IMG/VR virus record: IMGVR_UViG_3300042313_000167
Location: 1-26,602 of that record
Strand: one strand, 5' to 3'
DNA length: 26,602 nt
Origin: a virus
Lineage: Duplodnaviria; Caudoviricetes
In this document: positions 1-6,339 of the stretch, piece after piece
Position numbering within the stretch: the stretch's first letter is position 1
Layout of the letters: each line of letters starts with the position of its first letter
Notes under the pieces: generated by a model
What the model was told of the DNA's origin: nothing
Database searches by the model: none
Seen by the model: the letters and a program-made list of their open reading frames with translations, nothing else
Position numbers and translations under genes: made by a program

Positions 1-78
1 TCGGGTGATAAAAACACTTGCTGTTGTGGCCTCTAAGAAATAAGGTACTACCGCTTGTAGTGGTTTTTGGTTGTTTTT

Positions 79-114
79 ACCCCCGGGATTGTGAGGTCCT
101 GGGGGTTTTCTTTT
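79..114 (+). terminator. Rho-independent terminator for a + strand transcript arriving from the left
   Basis: ACCCCCGGGATT-GTGA-GGTCCTGGGGGT forms a 12-bp stem with three G-U pairs and a GNRA (GUGA) loop, followed by TTTCTTTT. The G-U pairs and U tract work only on the + strand. Confidence 0.85.
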
Positions 115-322
115 ACCGATACTGAGCTGATATCACCCCTGGAATCCTTTTGAGGTTCGCCAGGAGCGCGACTGGATCTTGCGAGTTCGACACGCAGCTG
201 CCGATGATATCCTTCTCACCTCGGTCGGATATGTTCTTGGTCTCGACGATCACCACGCGGTTACCGCTGAGGTTTATCCGGCGCTGCGTTGATGCGGGCG
301 TCTTCGCGGGCGATTGCTTCAT
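113..322 (-). CDS. Hypothetical protein, 69 aa
   Basis: ATG ORF whose stop abuts the terminator; C-terminus LLANLKRIPGVISAQY resembles the end of an ACT-like fold. Overlaps 261..434 by 62 nt. Confidence 0.55.
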   Translation of the reverse strand: MKQSPAKTPASTQRRINLSGNRVVIVETKNISDRGEKDIIGSCVSNSQDPVALLANLKRIPGVISAQYR

Positions 323-434
323 ATTTCCGTTTCACCTGCTGGCAGGTCCAACATGGGTTTGGATGACAACCACAGGCGATGCGCTCATGGAGTTCCCTGG
401 CGATTTGAGCGAATTTTTCTGCGCGGTCTTCCAT
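261..434 (-). CDS. Small Cys/His protein, possible metal binder, 57 aa
   Basis: Restarted at MEDRAEKF; contains HERIACGCHPNPCWTC between helical segments. Overlaps both neighbours and has no clear SD. Confidence 0.45.
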   Translation of the reverse strand: MEDRAEKFAQIARELHERIACGCHPNPCWTCQQVKRKYEAIAREDARINAAPDKPQR

Positions 435-612
435 CGGCGTAACGGTATCTCTGAATGGTGGTATAGGAGAGGTTAAACAGGCGTGCCAGATCGGCATCTG
501 TCACGTCGATGGGCGCGGATTTGATGGCGTCTTGTTTGGATTGAGAAATCCTAGGACGTCCGACTCTGGATTTGAATCCGAGGAATTTTTTGATTCGGTC
601 GATGAGTTTCAT
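385..612 (-). CDS. Small basic HTH DNA-binding protein
   Basis: TDADLARLFNLSYTTIQRYR is HTH-like and is flanked by two GRPR motifs; ATGA overlap with the upstream gene. Confidence 0.75.
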   Translation of the reverse strand: MKLIDRIKKFLGFKSRVGRPRISQSKQDAIKSAPIDVTDADLARLFNLSYTTIQRYRYADGRPRRKIRSNRQGTP

Positions 613-1154
613 TCGCAGGTGTAGATTTCAGTGGTGGTTTTAAGATCCGTCGGCCACTCAGGGGTGACGACGAACGAGGGGTCGCAAAATAAGACCTTAT
701 CGGTGGGCTGGATCATAAGGCGTCCATTGTGACCGCGCAGAAACATGAGCTCCTTAGCCTGCTCTGGATGCCGAGAGAAGCCGTCGTCGATGGGTGCGGC
801 CGTAAAGATGTAGGTGCCGTACCTGAATGTGTCAGAGCATTTCACTACGGCTTCCATGCCTCGGAGGTATGTGTATTCGATCGTGCTGAACTCCCGGCCG
901 TAGCAGTCCCAGCGTTGGGCTTGGTATTCGCGCCAGTCCAGTTCAGGCTGTGGATCGAATGCTAGCGCGTGCGGCGGTACGGCCCGGTAGACCGCTCCGC
1001 ATTCCAGCATGATGGTACAACCCCACATTCGACCAGGGATCGAGACCAGGCCGAACCAGACGCATGGGATAAACCCGGTGCGACTAGAGATGAACGAGGT
1101 ATCGACGAAGCAGTATTGGTGGTGGGGGATTTGCCCAGCTTGTGAGTAGGTCAT
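609..1154 (-). CDS. Phage hypothetical protein, 181 aa, Cys/aromatic-rich
   Basis: ATGA overlaps at both ends; globular composition (CVWFGLVSIPGR, GAVYRAVPPHALAF, QRWDCY). Function not recognised. Confidence 0.85.
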   Translation of the reverse strand: MTYSQAGQIPHHQYCFVDTSFISSRTGFIPCVWFGLVSIPGRMWGCTIMLECGAVYRAVPPHALAFDPQPELDWREYQAQRWDCYGREFSTIEYTYLRGMEAVVKCSDTFRYGTYIFTAAPIDDGFSRHPEQAKELMFLRGHNGRLMIQPTDKVLFCDPSFVVTPEWPTDLKTTTEIYTCE

Positions 1155-1351
1155 GTTAGTAGGTGTTTGATGATGAGGTTCCGGTCTTTGATCGAAGCTC
1201 GGAGGATTTGTTCCAGAGCAACGTGAGGATTTACTGTACTAACGTGTTTCCACTCTGGATTGCCATCAATGTGCTTGGCTGTATCCAGACTCTCTACGCG
1301 GACAATGCCGTTGGTTTTGTTGACGTAAACAAATGCGTAGTTGGACCTCAT
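1151..1351 (-). CDS. Hypothetical protein, 66 aa
   Basis: Start corrected to MRSNYAF: AAGGAGG-taaa-ATG overlapping the upstream TGA. Confidence 0.8.
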   Translation of the reverse strand: MRSNYAFVYVNKTNGIVRVESLDTAKHIDGNPEWKHVSTVNPHVALEQILRASIKDRNLIIKHLLT

Positions 1352-1566
1352 TTTACCTCCTTGTCCCACGCTTGAATGGCTTCTTGAGTCCGACGAATTA
1401 CTGAACCTTCTCCAGACGCAACTGTTCCGATGTATGAGGCGCAGTTGCGGAGTTCATTGCCAGCAGTCTCCAGCCGCTTAATACGTTCACGAAGCTCTGA
1501 TTTGTCCCGATCAAGTTCGCTTATCGTTTTGCAGTAGGCCACATGGGCATCGACTATATGGCTCAC
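1348..1566 (-). CDS. Small coiled-coil protein, RIxxLExAG module, 72 aa
   Basis: GTG start in GTGA overlap after AAGGAGG; RERIKRLETAGNEL...AWDKEVK. Confidence 0.8.
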   Translation of the reverse strand: MSHIVDAHVAYCKTISELDRDKSELRERIKRLETAGNELRNCASYIGTVASGEGSVIRRTQEAIQAWDKEVK

Positions 1567-1763
1567 AGCTTTACCTCCTTCTCGCTCCACAACAGTAAGT
1601 CCGCTCGCATTGCGTCGTTCTCGGTTTCGAGTTGTTTCACGCGCTCCGTAACCTCACTCAAATACTTCCGAGTCGCGGCTAGTTTGCGCTCCAGCCTCCT
1701 GCATAGCATACCGAGGTCGGCGACGTTGTGAGCGGTTGAGTCGGATATTGGCGTGTCGCTCAT
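1563..1763 (-). CDS. Small coiled-coil protein, ENDAxRADLLLW module, 66 aa
   Basis: Start MSDTP after AAGGAG in ATGA overlap; C-terminus nearly identical to that of 2725..3120. Confidence 0.8.
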   Translation of the reverse strand: MSDTPISDSTAHNVADLGMLCRRLERKLAATRKYLSEVTERVKQLETENDAMRADLLLWSEKEVKL

Positions 1764-1948
1764 TTCGACTCCTTCCATTTGAACTGCGGTTTGCCGCTTG
1801 TGTCGGCCACCCACTCGGCATGGCCAGCAGCGACTGCTTCTTGTTGCATTTTATTAATACCTCCATGGAATCCAAACATGTTTATTAGCACACATAGAAA
1901 CACGATTAAGAGTATAGACGGTATTACTAAATACGATTCGTCTTTCAT
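1760..1948 (-). CDS. Small single-TM protein, GHAEW module, 62 aa
   Basis: AAGGAG SD; hydrophobic LVIPSILLIVFLCVLINMF; C-terminus paralogous to 2537..2728. Confidence 0.8.
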   Translation of the reverse strand: MKDESYLVIPSILLIVFLCVLINMFGFHGGINKMQQEAVAAGHAEWVADTSGKPQFKWKESK

Positions 1949-1971
1949 AGCTTTTTCTCCTTAGATGTTAT

Positions 1972-2256
1972 TTAATGTTGACCTTTTGCGTCATCCCAAC
2001 CCTGCAATAAGTTATCCATTCTGGTCGTCCTCATACACGGCGAAGGAGGATTGATAAACTTGTACATTTCATTTCCCGCGTTTTCCAACCTGCCAATCAT
2101 CTGCACGCAGTGCTTCAGTTCTGCATCGTACTTGTCCCACAGAGCGCGGAGACGGTTTTCAAGTTCGGTGACGTGCTGCTTAAGATCTTCGTTCTCCTTC
2201 GCCATTGCTCCGATGGATTTGCACAAGCGTGCGTGCGCTTCGTATTCGGGGTTCAT
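1972..2256 (-). CDS. Small coiled-coil protein, RIxxLExAG module, 94 aa
   Basis: Start MNPEYEAH after AAGGAG in ATGA overlap; IGRLENAGNEM...GWDDAKG. Confidence 0.8.
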   Translation of the reverse strand: MNPEYEAHARLCKSIGAMAKENEDLKQHVTELENRLRALWDKYDAELKHCVQMIGRLENAGNEMYKFINPPSPCMRTTRMDNLLQGWDDAKGQH

Positions 2257-2540
2257 CGCTTGTTCTCCTTTGCTCGCTGCCATGCATTGGCCAGCAACCG
2301 ATAGTTTGAGTCGGAAATGGTACCGTCCTTCAGCCACTCAAGCAGCTCGTCACCAGTACTCTTGAGTAGTTTGATCCGATCTTGCAGGTACTCGACCAGC
2401 TCCTTCAGCTCGTTCACATCGGATTGAAGCTCGCGCTTCTCTTCCGAAAGCTTCAGACAGGTCTGCTCCCAGCTTGGCGGTGGTGTTCCGCGCATCGCCT
2501 CAAACAGCGGTCTTCCGAATGCGTCGTTGATTTGGCTCAT
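2253..2540 (-). CDS. Small coiled-coil protein, RIxxLExAG module, 95 aa
   Basis: Start MSQINDAF after AAGGAG; QDRIKLLKSTGDEL...AWQRAKENKR. Confidence 0.8.
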   Translation of the reverse strand: MSQINDAFGRPLFEAMRGTPPPSWEQTCLKLSEEKRELQSDVNELKELVEYLQDRIKLLKSTGDELLEWLKDGTISDSNYRLLANAWQRAKENKR

Positions 2541-2728
2541 TTGCACTCCTTCCATTTGAACTGATTTTTATTCGCGCAATCGACAACCCACTCAGCGTGG
2601 CCCTTCCTAACAGCTTCTTCGCGCATGCTGCTCTTGCCAAGTTGATCGCCCCACAGGATGGCTAAGGACAGAAAACAACCGGCCACAAGTCCGTACATAC
2701 ATTGTTCTAAAAGTGAAATGCTACTCAC
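2537..2728 (-). CDS. Small single-TM protein, GHAEW module, 63 aa
   Basis: GTG start after AAGGAGG; TM segment MYGLVAGCFLSLAILW; EEAVRKGHAEWVVD...QFKWKECK. Confidence 0.8.
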   Translation of the reverse strand: MSSISLLEQCMYGLVAGCFLSLAILWGDQLGKSSMREEAVRKGHAEWVVDCANKNQFKWKECK

Positions 2729-3120
2729 GGCTTCACCTCCTTCTCGTTCCACAGCAGCAGATCGGCGCGGAGAGCGTCGTTCTCGGATTCGAGTTGCTTG
2801 ATCCGATCCTCCAGTTTTCGCACCTGAAAGGCGATTGCGCGGAGTTCGCGTGGATGGTTGCAATCGGGAGACTCCGCTAGGAAAAGGATTCGTTGTTCTT
2901 CTTCTGTAAGTTTGTGCGCTTTGGATTGATCATCGTTTTCCAGTTCTTTGGAACAATCGTCAGGAATCACGAAGTATTCCTTCTGTTCCCAATTCCATGT
3001 TGGGACGTACAGAATTTCCAACAACGGTTCCATTGATCTTGTAGGTCGAGTTCCGACCTTCTTTCCGTTTGCGTATGCAATCATCACGTTTGCAGCGTTC
3101 AGCACTTCTTGTTTTGTCAT
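2725..3120 (-). CDS. Phage hypothetical protein fused to ENDAxRADLLLW module, 131 aa
   Basis: Start MTKQEVL after AAGGAG; N-terminal VMIAYANGKKV...PTWNW...Y pattern recalls a common phage family; C-terminus shared with 1563..1763. Confidence 0.85.
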   Translation of the reverse strand: MTKQEVLNAANVMIAYANGKKVGTRPTRSMEPLLEILYVPTWNWEQKEYFVIPDDCSKELENDDQSKAHKLTEEEQRILFLAESPDCNHPRELRAIAFQVRKLEDRIKQLESENDALRADLLLWNEKEVKP

Positions 3121-3356
3121 TTCGTCTCCTTTGCTTTTGCCCACAGTTTAGCGGATTGTTCAGTAGCGTACGGCTCCATGATGTCTCCTGCTGCCGTGAG
3201 CGTTTTGATTCTGTCGTTTGCTTGGTTCAGTTCGTTCTTAAGTTTTACAACAACATGATGCGTGTGCTTCATGTTCACTTCGTTTTCCAGCTCAATGATT
3301 CGCTTTTGAGCTTCGACCAATTGATCGAAAAGGCTTTTGCTGTTTTGATTTGTCAC
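3117..3356 (-). CDS. Small coiled-coil protein, RIxxLExAG module, 79 aa
   Basis: GTG start after AAGGAGG; NDRIKTLTAAGDIM...LWAKAKETK. Confidence 0.8.
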   Translation of the reverse strand: MTNQNSKSLFDQLVEAQKRIIELENEVNMKHTHHVVVKLKNELNQANDRIKTLTAAGDIMEPYATEQSAKLWAKAKETK

Positions 3357-3550
3357 GGCTTGGCCTCCTTGATGACTAGAAGTACACCCATGTAAACCAT
3401 CCAAACGGCTCCGATCGGTATCAGCCAAAACAGCCGGAAGATCTGTCCAAAGTCATACTGCCCGCTGGAACGGTATGGCCTGAACATGATGCACAGCAGG
3501 ATTACGGTGATGAGTGCTGGCACGATCCACGATTTGATTGTGATGCTCAC
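3353..3550 (-). CDS. Small two-TM membrane protein, 65 aa
   Basis: GTG start after AAGGAGG; hydrophobic stretches WIVPALITVILLCIMF and LFWLIPIGAVWMVYMGVLLVI. Confidence 0.8.
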   Translation of the reverse strand: MSITIKSWIVPALITVILLCIMFRPYRSSGQYDFGQIFRLFWLIPIGAVWMVYMGVLLVIKEAKP

Positions 3551-3837
3551 GGTTTGTCCTCCTTGGCTTTGTTCCATTTTGAAACAGTGTGCTGCACTGC
3601 ATCCAACCGCTCATCGCGCAGCCATGCCTCCATCTTATCTCCCGCCTCCTCCAGCCGACGGATGCGGTCCTGCTGCTTCAGGAATGCGTGAACCAATTCA
3701 CCCAGCACAAACAGAGTTGGTGCGCCTTTCTGGATTTCAAACGATCCGTCTGAGCGGATCCTCAGAAACTCAGCGTTTGGTTTTGCGTCGTTCCATTTGA
3801 TAAGTGTTGCGTTGCTCATGTTGTTTGTGTCGCTCAC
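3547..3837 (-). CDS. Hypothetical protein, RIxxLExAG module, 96 aa
   Basis: GTG start after GGGAGG; QDRIRRLEEAGDKM...KWNKAKEDKP. Confidence 0.8.
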   Translation of the reverse strand: MSDTNNMSNATLIKWNDAKPNAEFLRIRSDGSFEIQKGAPTLFVLGELVHAFLKQQDRIRRLEEAGDKMEAWLRDERLDAVQHTVSKWNKAKEDKP

Positions 3838-4040
3838 GGCTTGGCCTCCCTCGCTTTGAGCATTGCGTCGGCTAGTTGATAGGTGGCTTTGGAAATAGCA
3901 TTAACATCCCAAGACTCGTATACTTTCCACGCTACTGGCAACGCCGCCGCCGCGAAGTAGTCGCGCATTAAAATGCCATCGTTGTGCTGTACTCCGACTG
4001 GTGTTGGAAACGCTGGCCCGTCGTTGATTGGTGCGCTCAT
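3834..4040 (-). CDS. Conserved small phage protein (GPAFP...RDYFAAxA...ADAML family), 68 aa
   Basis: INDGPAFP, MRDYFAAAAL and YQLADAMLKARE match a widespread phage hypothetical family as recalled; AAGGAGG SD. Confidence 0.9.
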   Translation of the reverse strand: MSAPINDGPAFPTPVGVQHNDGILMRDYFAAAALPVAWKVYESWDVNAISKATYQLADAMLKAREAKP

Positions 4041-4285
4041 TTCGCCTCCTTCGCTTTCAATTTCCCTTCTTCAATAATTGCCATCACGCACCGCTTCTTT
4101 ACGCCGACAGCCTTCGCCACGTAGGCCAAGCTCTGGCCTTCGTTCCACAGTTTCCAGGCGCGTTGGGCGTTGTAGTCTGGTGAGTTGAGGCGTGCCTTGA
4201 CCACGTCTGGATGTGCCGTCACCGCAGCTGGGTGAGGGAAGCTAATCCAACCTCGTGCCACAGCGTTCGAGATGAGCGAGTTCAT
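4037..4285 (-). CDS. HTH DNA-binding protein, 82 aa
   Basis: Start corrected to MNSLISN (ATGA overlap); AWKLWNEGQSLAYVAKAVGVKKRCVMAII is HTH-like. Confidence 0.8.
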   Translation of the reverse strand: MNSLISNAVARGWISFPHPAAVTAHPDVVKARLNSPDYNAQRAWKLWNEGQSLAYVAKAVGVKKRCVMAIIEEGKLKAKEAK

Positions 4286-4536
4286 GGGCGTTTCTTTTGA
4301 ATCTTCAATCCAGCTTTTTTGCACAGACCACAGATCACGCTCGGAGCGCGTCCAAACTTCTTGGACAGTTCTTTGTATGAAAACGTGGGGTTGTCTTTTA
4401 CGAATCGCTCGATGGCTGCCTTCTCTTTCTCGGTCATCGGGCTCCAACCTTCTTTGGGTTTCTCGACTACAACGGTTTTTGCGATCGTGGGCTGTGGACC
4501 CATCAGGCGTTCAATGGCTTCACGGGAGAGTTTCAT
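4282..4536 (-). CDS. HTH DNA-binding protein, 84 aa
   Basis: PTFSYKELSKKFGRAPSVICGL is HTH-like, with a basic tail; overlaps the exonuclease stop by 17 nt. Confidence 0.75.
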   Translation of the reverse strand: MKLSREAIERLMGPQPTIAKTVVVEKPKEGWSPMTEKEKAAIERFVKDNPTFSYKELSKKFGRAPSVICGLCKKAGLKIQKKRP

Positions 4537-5314
4537 CTTTGAGTATCCATCCGGGTGATTGAATGATTTGAATGGAGTCGCCGTTGTAACCCGGCCAGCT
4601 GTCGGTGTCCTCGCAGACCATCCACTGGCGAATCCACGACTGCCATGTGGTCGATCCTTTGTCTAGCGAATCAGTGTCCATCTGGTAAACAGCGACCGCG
4701 TAGGGCGCCTGGTCTTCAACGCAGATCCACTGCCAGGCGCGAGTCTCCCCGGTGATATCCCGGTAGAGGTCCCGGTAGTACGCCGCCTGCACGTCGTAGC
4801 GCAGCTGGCCGATCTGCCGGCGGAACCCGGCCTTGCTAGCATCCCTCGTTTTCTTGAGATCGACGATTACCGGGGTCGCATCTGGAAGCCAGTCGATCAA
4901 GCCTTTGCGTTCACAGGACTCGAACTCGCCAAACATCCCAACCTGGGCCTTACCCGGCTCGGCCAGTAGGCGGCCGGCGACCGGGTGTTCACGGACGGAC
5001 TTAACCATGCGCTCGACAGTCTCGATCGCGTCCTGCTTGAACACTGTGACCCGGCGGTACTCCTGGTCCTCTCGCCAGGCGCGTGCTTCCTTGGTTCTGA
5101 AGTCGTCGTAGGGAGATGTGGTCCAGAGGTACGGCGTCCCGAGGACCTTGTGATCCAGCAGGGAGCCGATAGCCATGGCCTCGGACGGCTCGCGTTCTTC
5201 CTCGAAGCCAATCATAGCGTGCGCTGGCGACCGGCTGAACGCCTTGAGGCTGGAGATGTTGATCGCCGGGTGACTGCGGTAGGTGTTTACGTCGATGGGG
5301 TGGACTAACTTCAC
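4520..5314 (-). CDS. PD-(D/E)XK exonuclease, RecE/exonuclease VIII C-terminal (DUF3799)-like
   Basis: INISSLK..SPAH, GSLLDH, KGLIDW..IVDLKKT and YDVQAAYY motifs; coupled to the RecT-like gene (GGAGG, GTGA overlap). Confidence 0.9.
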   Translation of the reverse strand: MKLVHPIDVNTYRSHPAINISSLKAFSRSPAHAMIGFEEEREPSEAMAIGSLLDHKVLGTPYLWTTSPYDDFRTKEARAWREDQEYRRVTVFKQDAIETVERMVKSVREHPVAGRLLAEPGKAQVGMFGEFESCERKGLIDWLPDATPVIVDLKKTRDASKAGFRRQIGQLRYDVQAAYYRDLYRDITGETRAWQWICVEDQAPYAVAVYQMDTDSLDKGSTTWQSWIRQWMVCEDTDSWPGYNGDSIQIIQSPGWILKDETLP

Positions 5315-6297
5315 AGCGCACCTCCCGCCTTCGCCACTGCACGGCCGATACCGCGCTTGTTCCGGATGATCCAGTTGCAGATATCAGGAGGAAGGTCTGC
5401 CACCGTGGGATAGTCTTCGGGGCTTTCCCACCACTTAAGATCCTCAACGAGCTTCACCAGCTGCTCGTAGGTGATCCCAGCGGATGCTAGCGTGCCTTCG
5501 ACGGTTTCAAGCTCAGGCTCCGGCGCGGGAACGGGTGCGACCGGGGCGGGTGCGGTCTCAACGATCTCCGGTGCGGGTTCAGGAGTGGCGGGAGCGGGCG
5601 GCTCCACGATTGCAATAGCCTCGGCCTCCTTCTTCTTGCGCGGCTTGGGCTCAACAGGCGCAGGAGGCGTCGGAGTCACGTCCATGATGGATGAACTCAC
5701 GGTGACCGACTGGACCACTTGCTGGGCCGCAGGGGTGTCCTGGACCTCTTCCGAGGTGTGCATACCGAGTGCGATCTCAGGCGCGTAGGTGCGGCACCAG
5801 AAGGCGCCGGCCCGGTACTGGAGCATCTGCTCCGGCATAGTCTTCCACTTGGAGCCAGACTTGCCGTACCAACCCTCGACCTTGGCCATGTTGATGTTTA
5901 CGAGGGCGCCAACGAGTTCGAGGTTCGAGTCGCGCTCGACTGCGAAGGCGCGGCAGCCCCACTCATCTGTCCCCTCTTTTCCAACCCAGCGGAAACGCAT
6001 CGGACTGAACCGACCGCAGCTGTTGACGGTAGCAATCAGGAACGAGGCAGACCACGTTGGCTTACCGTGAATGGGAACCATGGACTGCATGACAGCCATG
6101 ACCGAGGCGCCAATGCGCTGGCTGAGTTCCAGAGCAATGATGCAGTTCCCGAGGTTAGCCTCGCCCCGGTAGGCGTCGGGAACGAGGGTGCTGGACGCAA
6201 GGGCCTTGGCCATGCGTTGGACTGAAACGAACGCGTTCTCCGAAGAGAAGGCGCTGAGAGGTTGTGCTTGCTGTGTTGCGACTGATAGGTTGCTCAT
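5311..6297 (-). CDS. recT: RecT/Red-beta-like single-strand annealing protein
   Basis: LVPDAYRG..NCIIALE, IHGKPTWSA and WKTMPEQML.YRA..FW.R.YAPE..LGM.T.EE motifs; Pro-rich linker and small C-terminal domain; adjacent exonuclease. Confidence 0.85.
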   Translation of the reverse strand: MSNLSVATQQAQPLSAFSSENAFVSVQRMAKALASSTLVPDAYRGEANLGNCIIALELSQRIGASVMAVMQSMVPIHGKPTWSASFLIATVNSCGRFSPMRFRWVGKEGTDEWGCRAFAVERDSNLELVGALVNINMAKVEGWYGKSGSKWKTMPEQMLQYRAGAFWCRTYAPEIALGMHTSEEVQDTPAAQQVVQSVTVSSSIMDVTPTPPAPVEPKPRKKKEAEAIAIVEPPAPATPEPAPEIVETAPAPVAPVPAPEPELETVEGTLASAGITYEQLVKLVEDLKWWESPEDYPTVADLPPDICNWIIRNKRGIGRAVAKAGGAL

Positions 6298-6314
6298 ACG
6301 TCAGTCAACGTATG
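6295..6314. promoter_or_regulatory. Operator-like inverted repeat
   Basis: CATACGT-N6-ACGTATG, perfect 7-bp arms covering the putative -10 box and the recT start codon. Confidence 0.55.
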
Positions 6315-6335
6315 GCAAGTGGCGTTAGGTGTCCA
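6307..6335 (-). promoter_or_regulatory. Sigma70-like promoter for the recT/exonuclease/small-gene operon
   Basis: TGGACA (6335-6330), 17-nt spacer, TACGTT (6312-6307), then 9 nt to the ATG, in the 42-bp intergenic gap. Confidence 0.6.
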
Positions 6336-6339
6336 GCAA

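Larger units (their letters stand above)
1758..2626. repeat. Dispersed ~90-bp imperfect direct repeat (from 1758 and from 2535)
   Basis: Identical 19-mer ACTCCTTCCATTTGAACTG at 1768-1786 and 2545-2563, with further similarity through the GHAEW codons. Confidence 0.9.
1562..2808. repeat. Dispersed ~85-bp imperfect direct repeat (1562-1646 and 2724-2808)
   Basis: Shared ACCTCCTTCTCG and GCGTCGTTCTCGG.TTCGAGTTG; both encode KQLExENDAxRADLLLWxEKEVK. Confidence 0.9.
3353..3849. repeat. Identical 16-bp gene-junction repeat
   Basis: TCACGGCTTGGCCTCC at 3353-3368 and 3834-3849 (SD, spacer and GTGA on the minus strand) ending otherwise unrelated genes. Confidence 0.85.

Noticed and set aside
1-61. 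3' end of an upstream + strand gene (RVIKTLAVVASKK*, stop 41-43) and a small ACTAC/GTAGT hairpin at 47-61
   Set aside because: Plausible given the terminator, but too short to support a frame call or a structure.
3353-3550. Holin call for the two-TM protein
   Set aside because: No endolysin nearby and it lies in the small-gene array; left as a membrane protein of unknown function.
1348-4060. CRISPR array or integron attC cassettes
   Set aside because: Repeats are coding, degenerate, irregularly spaced and not palindromic; no cas or integrase gene in the window.
1151-4447. Longer starts given by the ORF track for the small genes
   Set aside because: SD plus ATGA/GTGA overlaps define shorter starts; the extensions are read-back into the upstream gene.
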